Below, one piece after another: positions 36,243-49,100 of a DNA stretch of 64,000 bases. Both the position numbers and the translations under genes were made by a program. The stretch's first letter is position 1. Each line of letters opens with the position of its first letter. Under the pieces are notes generated by a model. The model saw only the letters and a list, made by a program, of their open reading frames with translations, ran no database searches and had not been told where the DNA came from. The DNA comes from Ascidiella aspersa (lineage: Eukaryota), in contig OZ004609.1 of assembly GCA_963924565.1 (NCBI GenBank), positions 31,806,001 through 31,870,000 on the forward strand. Reading direction: 5' to 3'.

Positions 36243-39200
36243 ATTTTTTATTTAGTCCGTTTTTGCGCGATGTAAACTTTCGCGTTTCGCTCGTATGCTT
36301 GCGTTGCGACAAATTTACTTTCTAACACATACAGGTAGTGGCAAAAATATTTGCAAGTAGTTCAGGATGAATCTTCCAAGAACATAATTTAACTATTACC
36401 TTAATAAAGTTCCTAATTAACCTTGGCCATTCACCAATAAACTGAGTTAGTCATTTTTTTTGAATTAGGATAAAGTCTGCAGGAAAAAGACGATATCGAA
36501 TGTTATTCATTATCAAACCGTCAACTATTATTCATATTCAAGTCGTCAACAAGTGTTTTTGATTTGAATAAATTTTGATTAGAGTCCTTAAAGTAAATCA
36601 TAAAAAAAATATCTTAAAATAATTTTATAGCAAAAAAAAATTCTGTGTCAAAATGTTATGTCTCTTTAGATCCATACCCGATCGGAAACATCAATACTAA
36701 TTTTATACCAACAGAAATCGATTGAACTTTAATCTTCCAAACTGACAGCTTTGTGTTAAAATAAATAGTATATCTCCTTAGATCCCTACCCATAGCCAAT
36801 CTAAAACATCAATAATAGTTTCCACGTTCAAGATGATACCTACTTCTGTATGGGCTTTGATATTCTTATTACGTCTTACTATAACCTCCAACCATTATGC
36901 TCCAAAATAATTTCCCCCTTCAAGTTTTCCTTCGAAATGCTCAATGTTAACCTCTGACAACCAATTTTTGCTTGAGCTCTCTTGTGGTGCAAATTTGACA
37001 AAACTGAACCAATAAGTTTGAGATATATCAATATAGAACGCAAACGGTAAACCGCAGATTACATAATAGGCAGCGATCACGCCATAACACTCTCGCTTCT
37101 CTTGAAAAGCGGAACAACGCCTTCCTAACGCTACACAATGCATTGTATTTCGCTATAAGCAAGTGTGTGAGCAACAGCTGCTGCTGCGTTGGACTCGGTT
37201 TGATGCTAGGCTCCTATCATTCCTGCGACTCTACGCATGCGCACTTGATCAATTCGCGATGAAATATTTATGAGCGTTTTCAAACGTTTTCCGTGTTTTA
37301 TTTTTCGCTTGCAGTCTCCCCTCTCGCGATGGCTGGCGTGTCCTGCCGTCGACCTGCGTAGAAACTGAACAGGACTTTGGAAAAATATCGCAAATGTGTC
37401 GGCGAGCCTTAATTTGACGTTTTTTGATAGAGGGAGGCGCTCGTTAAAAAGCGTTAATCGCCAGATATAAAACTGTTAGTCCTTTAATAAGAAATGGTCT
37501 CTTATGGGAATTTGCATAAAGAGTGATCAGATGGTTTTTACGGAGGAAATTTTCTGGCTTAATATACCGTAGAAATTTTCAAAAAGGGTGCCTTATGTTT
37601 TTTATAAGTACATGTTAAATGTGATTCGCAAAACATGATTTTCAACACCAATGAGTGAAGCAAATACTTTACTTGAAGATAATCTTAATAAATTTTGACT
37701 TTACACTTATGACAACGTTGGTACAATTCGCTTTTATTTTTAGGTGTTATGCTGCGAGTGTAGTGCGATGCAGCGCATGTGAAGTGGTTAATTTTTAATG
37801 TTCCACTAACGTCGCGTCAACGCCCGAGCAGGTGTTTTTTTAAGACAAGTGTGAGAATAGTTCCCTGATCAACTCTCGTTTGATATTCTGAACTTGTTTT
37901 ACATGTAAAATGGTAACGCTTAAAAGAAAATTAGTTGTGGAGCCAATAAAAGCCTCGCTAAATTTTTAAACCATTTTGTTGCAAATCTTTTATCATTTAA
38001 CCCATATCGGAACTATATGGAATGTTAGGCATCATTTTAAATCATACAACATAGCGACTCAAACAAACCCTTTTAGATAATTTCTAAACTTGGACTGGCG
38101 CTAAATAGCACCACAATTGTTAAAATAATTACTTTTTTCCACTGTAAAGTGCTTGGTTTAATTTGCGAAATAAATTTTTATGTGTAACACATGTACGGTG
38201 GTTCGATTTAGTGACATATTTTGTCTGACGTTCCATCGCTTTCAAAAGTAACCAACTACATACTGTTAAAGTTGCGTGTTTGACTAAAAGTTGCAAACAT
38301 TAATGCAGGTATTTTGTCAAGTCCGATTCACAGATGGATCACTTGATTGAACTTCAACCTCTGATGAAATATGTGTAATAAAATGTTGGACATCGGGGAT
38401 TTTGAATTTTATTGTTCATATTTAATAGGAGTATTCTTCAAAAACAAGTTTAAAAACGGTCATCTAATATATTTGAAATATTGGGGTTTGTAAGTAAAGC
38501 ATCAAAGATAGAAGATCGAATTTCTGGCCAATAGGCTTATCATAATTGGACAGTTGACAAAAAATCGATCTGGACGTGATTTATAATTGGACAAGTCGAG
38601 CATATAATCCAATCACAGATTTAATTTCGAAACCTTTACGCTGCATAAATTCACAGAGGCAATCAATTTACAAGATTCTCGACACAATAGGATGAAACCT
38701 GGAAACTATTGATTAATTTAAAGCTCGGCCAATAGAGTTTTATTTAAAGTTGCAGATGTTTTAATTGATCATAGATTCACATGCAAAAGCTTGTAATATA
38801 TACCGGCGATCCGTTCAATTATCACGATCTTCGAGAGCGAAACATAGCCGCGGCAATTAATTGCGTCTTTTCAAACCTGTGAACTTTGGAAATTTTCCGC
38901 TTTTCAGACAGTAGGAGCCGTTTATCTACTTGGCAACCTTAGATCGTGGTGCTCTTCGTATAACACGTGTAATCCACGCTACGCGAGAGCCGCATCACGA
39001 TTTCGCTACGAGAAAATAACAACAACAAATGCCCTCCTACTCGTCGCCAAAACGCCACTCGATTGCTTTGTACGTGTCGCTTCGAGAACTTTCTCACAGT
39101 CGATCCGACCGCCGCTTGCCCATTTTCGTATCGGGTTCGTCAGGTTACGATTAGACCAAGAAGGTCACAGCAAAAGACCGAAGGTCGCAACCCAACGGTT

Positions 39201-41320
39201 CGCCAACTTTTTCGACTTGCGACGTGATATTGATGTAAAAAAAATTGGGAACGCCTTCTGCTATTACATCAATAATGTCGTTAAATTGATAACTACCCTT
39301 ACTATACGTCAGGTCGTCAATGTTGCCACAAAGAAATTTGGATGCTGAGCATATGTTTTCTAAACGCTTTCTGTTGTTACATTAATAATTTTGTAAACTG
39401 GTCAGTCACCCTTACTGTACGCCAGTGTTCCTACCAAGAAACTTTCTGTCTGAGCAAATTTTGTTTCAGTGAGCACCAGCATTTTAAGGCAGAGTTAGCA
39501 TAACGTTCAACGAATAACAAACCGTCTAAATTAGTCTAGAAATGACCAAAATATGAATCAACTACATATCACATTCACATGGCTTGACTTACACGTTGTA
39601 AAGATTTATGGCTGGGTTTTCATGGCTGATTGTACAAGAGTCCGGAAGAAAATTTGACTGCGCAGTTGGTATGGTAGTTGTGAGCATCTGTGCACATTAG
39701 AGGTAATACTGCAATACGCAAAAGTCAATTGACACCAAATTAATATCAGATATCACATTGATGTTATACATTCCATATGCTTGCCTTTGCGCCAATTTGT
39801 GATACGATTTGGGTATTTTCAAAAACCACACAAAGTATTTCAACGACCAAGTTGAGAACTCTCGAGGCACAATGTTACTCCAAGGCACACAGTTTGTGAA
39901 TCACTGTCGCAAAATGACACCAGGCAGTGTGGAGATGAGTTGTGGAATTGCGAACGTTTTAACGCATCTTCTGTTCCCTCTGGAACGCAAATAATAACGT
40001 TCGCAAGCCGGATTCGACAGGTTAAATGCAATGCAGATATACGCAAAGGCTCACGGGTGTCTTGAGTTCCGATACTTGAGTCATTAATAGGCCTTTTTCA
40101 GGTCCGCTTTGCTGAGCCGAGATCCGAATACGACCTATTACACGAAACTATACAACATACCAAGATCGCATTAGTGACGTAAGGAACGCGAGCTGTCAAT
40201 CAAAAGTTCTAAAGTTACATTGAACTTGTAAGAAACTAGAAGAGTGCCAATATTTAAAGGATTGTTTTTTCAGGTTGCAACAAAGGTTCATTACAAGTAA
40301 ATATTCTTTCATGTAAGAAAATACGTACAAAGCCCATATAAAGAGCTGCAGGATAATACTTAAAATGGTGATGAGTTAAAAATTAAATTTCAATCACACT
40401 GGTAGTGTTTGTCCGAAAGTAAAAGCAGACTTAATAACGTCGCTAAAGTCATATAAGTAACGCGGGTTGTCAATCAAAGGTTCTAAAGTTACATTGTATT
40501 TCAAAAAAACAAACGGTATGTCAAACGTTAACGGATTATTTGGTTTTATAAAAGTATAAAAATATTTTTTCTGTCGTAGGTAACCAGTAACACGATGAAA
40601 AGGTAGTAACACGATGAAAGGTAGCCACGAGATAAAATAAAAAATAAAAAAAATTAAAAAAAATAAAATCTTGAAACCAAGGTGGAGGACCATATTGGTA
40701 GAACATGAAAACACACATGACAATGCCCCCTCAGTTACATATAAGGAACGTGGACCGAAACACACGTTGTTAAGAATATTATACAAGTGGAGTCAGCAGA
40801 ATGCCAATGTTTCAAGGTCTCAAGTTTCTGCACATATATAGAAATAAAATTGGTATAAGCAACCGTATAAAAAAACTGCACAGCCCTAATGAAAACGAGC
40901 CACGATCAAATTACAAATGTAAAAAAAGTTTAAAGAAATTTAAAATGGCAGGGATTGACTCGATGCCCTCCACATAACTGTCTCGTTTCCAACAAAAACA
41001 AAACCTGGCTGTGAACGCCGGCGCTTTTATTTATTTAAACGCCCGTCGTCGCGGCATGGACGATCACTCAAGTGTGTGTACAGCTGCCAGGAAATTTCGC
41101 GGCCCTTTCAAAGTCGATTCGCCTTGGATGTTATGTCGTGAGTCCGGCCGACAATATTCTTGTTTCTACCCCTTCGGGGATTGTTTGTGGATTAGTGTAG
41201 CTTGACACGGCGGTAAGTCGCAAATCCTGCACAAGTTCCCTTTCGCGCTCGCTTCGTTTTCAAACCCGGGCCGACATTAGAGGCGTTTGTTTGCGTGAAA
41301 CGAGCTTTTTGTGGAATGGT

Positions 41321-41765
41321 CAAGGGCGTTGTTGAAAACATTGTTAAGGCATGTGGGAAAACTTACCGAATTAACTACTAACTTTTCGTGATAAAATGCT
41401 ACGAGTTTTATTTTTAGTGTCATTAAGGACAAGCTGTATTGATTTAAATTAACAGAATATTAAATAGACGATAATACCAACTGTTAGATTTCTGATATAC
41501 TATAGTATTAATTCTCAAATTATAATACATGGCGCCCCCGTTTTGTGCTCCAGATAATTTAGTGCATAAATCAATTACATTTGGACCCTTTCAAATTCGT
41601 TTTACAGACTCCAGTTTGACCTTACTTGGTAAAATGACGAAGGCGTTGTTGAAATACACGTTAAGACATGTGGGAAAAACTACCGAATCCATGACAATCT
41701 TTTGTGACAGTGTTTCAGCTTTATTATTTACATTTCTTATTGGGGATTAGCGGTGTTTATTAAGA
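41321..41765. repeat. Diverged local duplication (about 125 bp, copies near 41321 and 41640)
   Basis: GGCGTTGTTGAAA...GTTAAG.CATGTGGGAAAA.TACCGAAT is shared by both copies. Confidence 0.7.
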
Positions 41766-43799
41766 TGAACACGATGTAAGCAAGCGTTAAAAATAAATGT
41801 CCACAACTACTATATATTCTGAAGTTTGTTTAAAACGTTCAACATACAGCTGTGAACCTTTCAAACGAGCCAAAGTGACTTGATGTCGGATATTTCCGGT
41901 GAACGCAAGTCAAAAATGAGTCACAATGCCGAAAATAATAGAGGTCAACCTCAATCTGTACATACGCTAGATGGAAAGCCTTTTCATTGTATAAATCATC
42001 ATCAGACACGGCGCTATTACATGTGTTCTACCCAATTAGGTAATATTTGAAAGCGCTGTATATGAACCGTTTAAAGTCTAGTGGCGGCCTTAATCGAACC
42101 ACGACTGCGTCAGAAAAGATAAATACACGACACTATTTGCCCTCGTGTGGTTTCATACAATCATTTATCCTTATTCGTCATTGTGTGTAATGCCAAATCG
42201 TTTATATGCTCCGTAATTACCTACCTAGCATTCCAAACCTATTACCTATAGGTATACCATATGTTCGGCAAAAATATACCAAGTTGTTCACGTAGATTGG
42301 TTAAAATCAACTCTTTAGCTCGGTATACTGTTTACCAAGTCTATCCAGGGTTAGACTACTGACAAATGTTAAGGTCAGGAATTGTAGCATGCCAAAACTG
42401 TAACAGAATATATGTTTTATTCATCCTTTTTTGGTTCATATTAAAAATGCCTGGCATCCTGACCTATGTGAAATTACTCTGTGTTTTTAAGATATAAGAT
42501 CACATAATCACTTTACCTGACAACTATTTATATTTCTTTACATTACGAGGAATATAAATTGATTAATTCATTGTTAAATGTGTACCACGATTAAAGATGC
42601 GAGTAATGATTTAAGTAGTCTATATAGTGGCATAGATATGCTATCCTTCAAAGCATATAGAACAGTGCTTTTTACGTTGTTTTTTTCAGTTTTGTTTACT
42701 CGTAAAAGTTGGGTGGTAATATTAACACGTGCAATTCCTGTTCAACACATGCCTACTGCAAAACACCTGGCGCGCTGTAAAAGGATGGCCGACACAGACC
42801 TTACGAATAACACCAACGCCCAACGTTTTGATCGAAATACATGACTCCGATAAAACTGGAACAAGCTTTCTTTCGCCTCTTTGGGGGCACTGACCACGGG
42901 CTACGTGTAGGCTGTTATTACTGCAGTTAAGATATTATGGGTTGCCCGGCGTTGTCCACGTTAGCTGACCGGTAAATTGCCATGGAAAGTCCAATTGGTC
43001 CCACGGAGTTTGATACAAGCAACTTAGTTCACTGTTTAACGTTTATCGGTCGCATCCTATTTTAATACTGCACATGAAATATGTTTCTCGAAGTCGTTCA
43101 TATGGAGGATCAGTGACAAATATACGAGACAATTGTTCAGGGTAAGTAAATAGATTGATAATCAATAGGCCTATTGTATTTATTTATTTACAGCGGTAAG
43201 AATACGGGTTGTAAAGATTAGTTTTACGGTTGTTTGAACTGATACCCTGCCTTGCTTATTTCTTAAAGTTTCCAAAGCTGTAAAGTGGTTTCGGGTGAAA
43301 TAGTATTTCAAGCAATCGTTTGGGTTTGTGTAACGCCGGTAATTTTCGAGAACTCGATGTTGAAAGATCTCTTATAAAACATACAATTTGCCAAGTGAAG
43401 GTTTCCATAGTAAGATATATCTCCTCAGATATCATATTACTGATCAAAGTCGTCCACAAATGGCCGTGTGTTATTTTTTTAGGTGTGGTTACTGCGGGGC
43501 GACTAAAGCATCAAGGAGAAACAGCCTCGATTAAAGCCATTTGCCAAACTATTTGCGACTGCATCACCATCATCAGATGCGTGGGTTGAACGCCAGTTGC
43601 CACCACCAACATGCCAGCGAGGGGAAATTGAAACCAGCAGTTGCCTTGGCCGTCTTGACTCGGGTTGCCGGTGCCGCGAAGACACTTCACTTGACGTCGG
43701 CGCGCGCCTTGCCCCACAGTCGCAACAGTTTAAATAAATAACAAGCGGGACGCACATACAGCAGCAACAGCTGTAGGTGTAAAGGGATCGCCTTGTGTC

Positions 43800-43960
43800 G
43801 AAGGCAACAATAAGAGAGGAAAACCCCCGGAGCGCCGCCGCCGGTGAAAAAAAGAGAGAGAGAGAAAAGAAAAAAGAGAGAGAAAGAGTGGCGGAAACGG
43901 CGCGAAAAAAGGCGTTTAACGGCGTCGCCGGCGGAAAACTTTCTCGCCGCGTGTCGTTTC
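43800..43960 (+). promoter_or_regulatory. Candidate promoter: GA-repeat tract and CpG-rich elements
   Basis: (GA)n/A-rich purine tract at about 43847-43890 flanked by GCCGCCG, GCGGAAA and GGCGCGAAA motifs, directly upstream of the putative first exon. Confidence 0.35.
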
Positions 43961-44280
43961 AGTTGCAGTTCCGCTTCTGCGCTGACCAGGTCTCCTCCCT
44001 TCCACTTTCGCGACCCCCTGTCCTCTGCCGCCGACTCGCTACAGCGAATTTGCACGGAAGACAAGACGCGAAACGCGGGATCCTTGAAAGAGCAGGAGGA
44101 AGAAAGGAGCAACAGCATCTTCCTAATCTTCTTCTTCTTCCACGAGGAGACAGCAACAGATCGCGAAATTTCATCGGGAACTTGAAAAGCCGAACGATAT
44201 CTTCGCCACAGCAGCTTGTAATAGCGTCGCTCATCATAGCCGTGTAGCCGCATTTATCGCGCTTGGAGTTTGTGTTGTTG
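43958..44280 (+). other. Probable non-coding first exon (5' UTR) of the plus-strand gene at 54.7 kb
   Basis: GC/CpG-rich block with no plus-strand ATG from about 43800 to 44280, an Inr-like TCAGTT near 43959, and a consensus donor TTG|GTAAGT at 44281 followed by an abrupt switch to AT-rich sequence. The start coordinate is approximate. Confidence 0.5.
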
Positions 44281-45949
44281 GTAAGTGGGGTCTTTATCAT
44301 TTTAGCATACTTTACCTAACTACCTAAATGTACTTTTCCAATACTGTTTTATATGTAGTGGTCCCGAAATTTTGGTAAAAAACTAATGTAAATAGCTTAT
44401 GCTCTAAATATGTGCGTCGATATAAATTTGCATGAACTTATTTTTATCTTTCATCTAATATTCACACCTAAACCACATTGATTAAATGTATAAATTTTTC
44501 ATATTTAGTTATAGAGAGCTACCCCATGCATATGTATATATACTTGAGCCTTTTTATCTTTAATTTTCATAAATTTCTAAAACAAATAGTGCAGAGCCTG
44601 CATATTACATTTGTAAGTCAATGTTTATCAGCATATCGGCTTTTGCCTTGTTATTGAGGATTGGGTGCTACGAGCCCCTACGGTATTTTAACGGATTTTA
44701 GATTGTACGTATACAGTTAATCTTGAATAAGCAGTGGCGCGTCTAAATTGAACTTTCGTCTGACGCAGCCATAGAAAGCGTTTAAACGACAATCAGGCTT
44801 GTCAGCCGAAGTTAACGATCCAGTTATTGCGATGCAGAAATGACTTTGTCTCGCCTTTGCGACTTCCGTAGATTTAAGCCGGGTCAATCGCGTGATTAGC
44901 GGCGTAATTAAAGCAATTACTCGTATACGACCCTCTGGGGCCTGACACCGTTAAGTTTAAACGACGTTGCTCCTCGCCACTTCCAATAGAACAACGTTGA
45001 ATAAGCATCAGTCGAACATAAGCTTTAGGAAGAAGATGTAGAAGGTTGTTGATGTTTTATAAGGTTGAGTCTCGTGTATTTTCTGTTGGTTTCTTGGTAA
45101 AGTTTGGTTATATTATATAGGGTATAGGAATTTCAATTTATCACGCCAAACAACTATTCGATCACTCTGTTCACTGTTATGGTGACACAATTTATCATTA
45201 GTATTGGATTAGAAATGTGTTTTTTGCAGAAGAAGATCTTTACGTAATTCCCTAGCTATAAGCGTTTTTTAAACTATATTCAATTCAAACGAGTAGTCCA
45301 TGAACGCCTTAAGTAAAGCACATTAGCCGTACAATTCCTAGTGTTTATGGCGATAGGATGAAACAGTTTTAATATATTTTGAATAAAATCCAAAAGATCC
45401 TAATAAAATACGTTGATTTTTTACAAATACTTTATTTTTTTACATTGAGTGTAACTGATGCAATGGATAAGGGCTCCTGTAAAAGCAAACGGAACACTTT
45501 AATAAACTCTTTGGTAACAACTGACATTCTTTACAGTGATTTTATCGCATTCGGGGCACGCTTTTAGTCAGAGGCCACCGCAATGCAGCCTGCAGCGAAA
45601 TTTAACGAAATTTCCGTCGATGCCTTTCGAGATTGCGTAACAGTTTAGTAACGGGATCGCGCCGGTACACCAGCACGCTAATCTATCAGGAGACGACGTG
45701 GCAAAAAAGATTTTGATGATTTGGTAGCATTTTGCGAAAAACGGGACAGAAAATTGCACAAATTTAGTATCCTCTTATCGCGTGTTCGTTGTAAATGTCA
45801 GCTAACTTATAATAGCGTATTCGTTTCATGGAAAGATTTACACTTTATCAATTAACACGTTGTTATAACACGATCACAAACCACCGAAAGTTCGTTAAAT
45901 TCCAGTTGTATAAATTCTATTTTCCATCTACAAAATTTCCATTTAGACT

Positions 45950-46162
45950 TTCCATGTCCAACTATAAAATGTCAAGTTTTAGACAAACCATGTCCGACTA
46001 TATAAAGTGTCCAGTTTTACACATGTTAATTCTAGCTATAAAATGTCCAGTTTTCGACACTTTATATTCAGCTACAAAGTGTCCAGTTTTAGACATATTA
46101 AATCTAGGGGTTAAATGTCCAGTTTTCGACATTCTATGTCCAGCTTTAAATGTCCAGTTTTG
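45950..46162. repeat. Minisatellite, about 36-bp unit with core AAATGTCCAGTTTT(A/C)GACA, about 6 copies
   Basis: Core starts at 45970, 46008, 46044, 46080, 46116 and 46151; the intervening parts are also mutually similar. Confidence 0.85.
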
Positions 46163-49100
46163 AAAATCGTGAATTTATCTTTATCAAAGCGAGCGTCCCG
46201 ATAGCGATCGGTAAAGCAAGGGCAAGTAATATAGGCGCCGACGTCAAATCATACGAAAAGAGCGCAAATATCGCCACGGCCGGGTCTTTGCTGTCGCCCT
46301 GGGCTTCGAATGACCTCTGAGCCGGCAGCAATTAACATATATAGAGCTTTCTGTGTGTGTGACAGTGCCCGGTCATTAGCGCTTCCCAAACGGAGGCGAT
46401 TTGGCCGAATAAAACTTCCTTTTCCCGCCTGGACGCTGTAGTTTACTCCTACGCTAAACCGCAATGTCACAGCATCGACACAAAGTGCTGAATTTGGGGC
46501 TGCGGGCCCTGACACGAACTAGGAGTTGTCGGACTATAAATACGCTACGTATAGGAAGTATTTACTGGGTTAAAGCATTAGATTAAAATCCCTGAAAAAT
46601 TGCTTGCATTTCATTTTGGCGTGGTATTACATTTTCAACAGTAATACCAACGTACCATGTTATGATAATGTTTCAACTTTTGTGCAAAACGCACGTTATT
46701 TTAGGCAAGTAATAACAAGGATAGCAATAGCACGATCTCAATTTTTTTACTTAAATATTGCCAGGGATACTGGCCGAATAAAACAAATCAATTATAAGGT
46801 TTTTCTTAATTCTTTGTAAATTCCGCTGTGGCAACCTTAAACTGGATTAACCCAAACTCAGCCAACACAAGACGCTGGTGGTCACCACAGGTAAGTCATT
46901 CTGAGTAGACCGAAAACAAATAATGCCTGCAGGTGAACAGGATACACGTATGCCTTACCGCACAATCAGTCAAACTAGATGTATTACCCTTCTCTATATC
47001 TATACCTCAAGCAGAATGCTTTTTCGGACATAGACGCTATCGTATAAGAAAAACTTGTTTTACTAGCGATGTGAAAGGGGGAGAACGAGACAGTACCAAG
47101 CCCAAAAGTGCAGCTATTTACCTCTTCCCTGTGGCCCGAGCCGACGCAATTTACCGCAAATTATACGGGCGAACGCGTGGCCCGCATTGCATTGCAGTGA
47201 CACAGGCCGCAAGCGTATATCAATGTGCCAATTGTAGCGCTTTCAGGGGGTGTGCCCCTATCATGGCAGAAGATCGGTTTACGCGGTCGTTTCCGAACTG
47301 GCACAGGCTGCGCCATTGCACTCTTTTCTCATTTTAAATATAAGTTTACCTAAACTGTGCTAGTTTTTATTGATATTTGCCTATGTTTGAACACATATTC
47401 TACCTTGATTTTGTTTAAATCCTTTGTTTTTTTTAAATTGTTTGAGTTTTAAAATTGAAAGGTGTTACGCCATGAGAAAAATTGTGACAGCCGCCAGTTT
47501 AAAAATATTGTTTGCAAACGAATTCTGGAATTTAAATCTATGTTCAAGAAAATCAACGTTTACTAGTTGCTGTTTCATGACATCGACGGTCGAAGGAAAA
47601 TTAAATTGCCCCTTAATGTAAAAAAAACCTTCCGAAAATCAAAAATAAAGATGGTTTGACACTGATATGACCTATGTGTTTTACCATATGGTTATGTTCC
47701 TTTCCAAATTTTCAGCATGTAGCTTTACTTAATGCAATTTTTATATCCACCCTGCTTTTTAACGGTAAAAAGGCTTAACGTTGGAGTATAGTCACTTACT
47801 TATACCGTGTTTCAACGTTTTGCGCCTATTATCAGGTCGTTTAAATATCTGTTGTATTTTCAATGTTCGAACTCAGTTTTCCTACATTTAGCGCAAGAGA
47901 CGTGGGTGCAAACAACATAGCCAAGTACGTTTGAAGCGATCGTGCCAAACGGTGTCACATCAAACTTTTCGCCTGTCTAGATATCGGATGTCTCGCGCTT
48001 AAACGACCAGAGAGCGACGCGCGAGTCCAGAAACTTTGGCCACATTTCTTGGCTACTTTAAAAAGGCCGGCACCCTTTTTACTCAAAGCCCCTAGAGCCA
48101 ATTGGCCAAATTGTACAAGTTTAAACCTCTTTTTAGAGGGATATATCCCTAAAGCCCCACGTCGCATCACACAACCGCCCAACTCACCCCCTAAAACCCC
48201 GCAAAAAAGGGTTTCAAAAAAAGGAGCCGGCTTAAGAGCGGAAAACGGCCCCGTGATGAGTCGGCACGGCGCGAATTAGCCCCGAGCTAGAGCGATCGTG
48301 GTCGGGCCGCGTACGGACGCCGCCACACTTACAATAATCAAGTCGGACCGGTTTGGCCGGTGATGGATGCTGGTGTGGCTTCTAGAGCACTCGCGCAGCC
48401 ATTTAGATTGGCATTTGTTTTCCGGAGCTCGTGGTTTTGCTGTTGCCCATGGCCGATCCTTATCACGCGTTCGCCCACGCGTCTGCGATGCAAGCACGTG
48501 TACAACGCGTGATTCGGATCTGATTTGTGTGTTTATTGCATAACGTTCGCTCATTGGGTCTTTGTCTGAACGTCTTAGGGCGATACAAAGTACTATGAGG
48601 TCCTCTTTCTTCAAAAGAAGCGAATTTCCGTCCTGGTCTCATAGAAGTCTTACTACCAAATATGCAATACTATAGGACGTTTTGTTTCACTTTTTAAAAT
48701 TTGTGATTACAAAAAGATTACAACATCGGAGGAATTAAATTAATTAACACTTTTTTTACCATACGGACCTAAACATTTTCTGAAGACAAAAATCGCACCC
48801 TTATCCACAAGCATGGCTTTGAAACTTTCATAACGCAGAAAGAATCTTTATCAAAAATGACTTGCTTCAAAATAATAAAATAAGGTTCTTTCGTATTTAA
48901 CCAGTGCCATTTTTCGTTTAACAACCCAAATCAATGTACAATTTGACGATTTGGATTGTTTCGTACCAAATTGTTAATTTCAAACATTACGGTAACGGAG
49001 TTCAAACATTAAAATTTGTTTTCTCAAAAAAATAAAATGATTGAGCTTATTCGAGAATTCAATATAATAATTGTTTTCTCGTATATTACTTAACCGTGTT

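Noticed and set aside
43687-44300. ORFs of 113-188 aa on both strands
   Set aside because: They result from a GC-rich, GA-repeat stop-poor region. The plus-strand ones lack true ATG starts. Better explained as promoter and 5' UTR.
45828-46163. CRISPR-like array, or a coding repeat (KCPVLD) ORF
   Set aside because: The conserved core is only about 11-15 bp, the 'spacers' resemble each other, there are no cas genes and the context is eukaryotic. It is a minisatellite.
48066-48230. Possible MITE with GCCGGC(A/T)CC..TTTT inverted ends, similar to sequence near 19063
   Set aside because: The inverted match is short and imperfect, with no TSD. Not enough to call.
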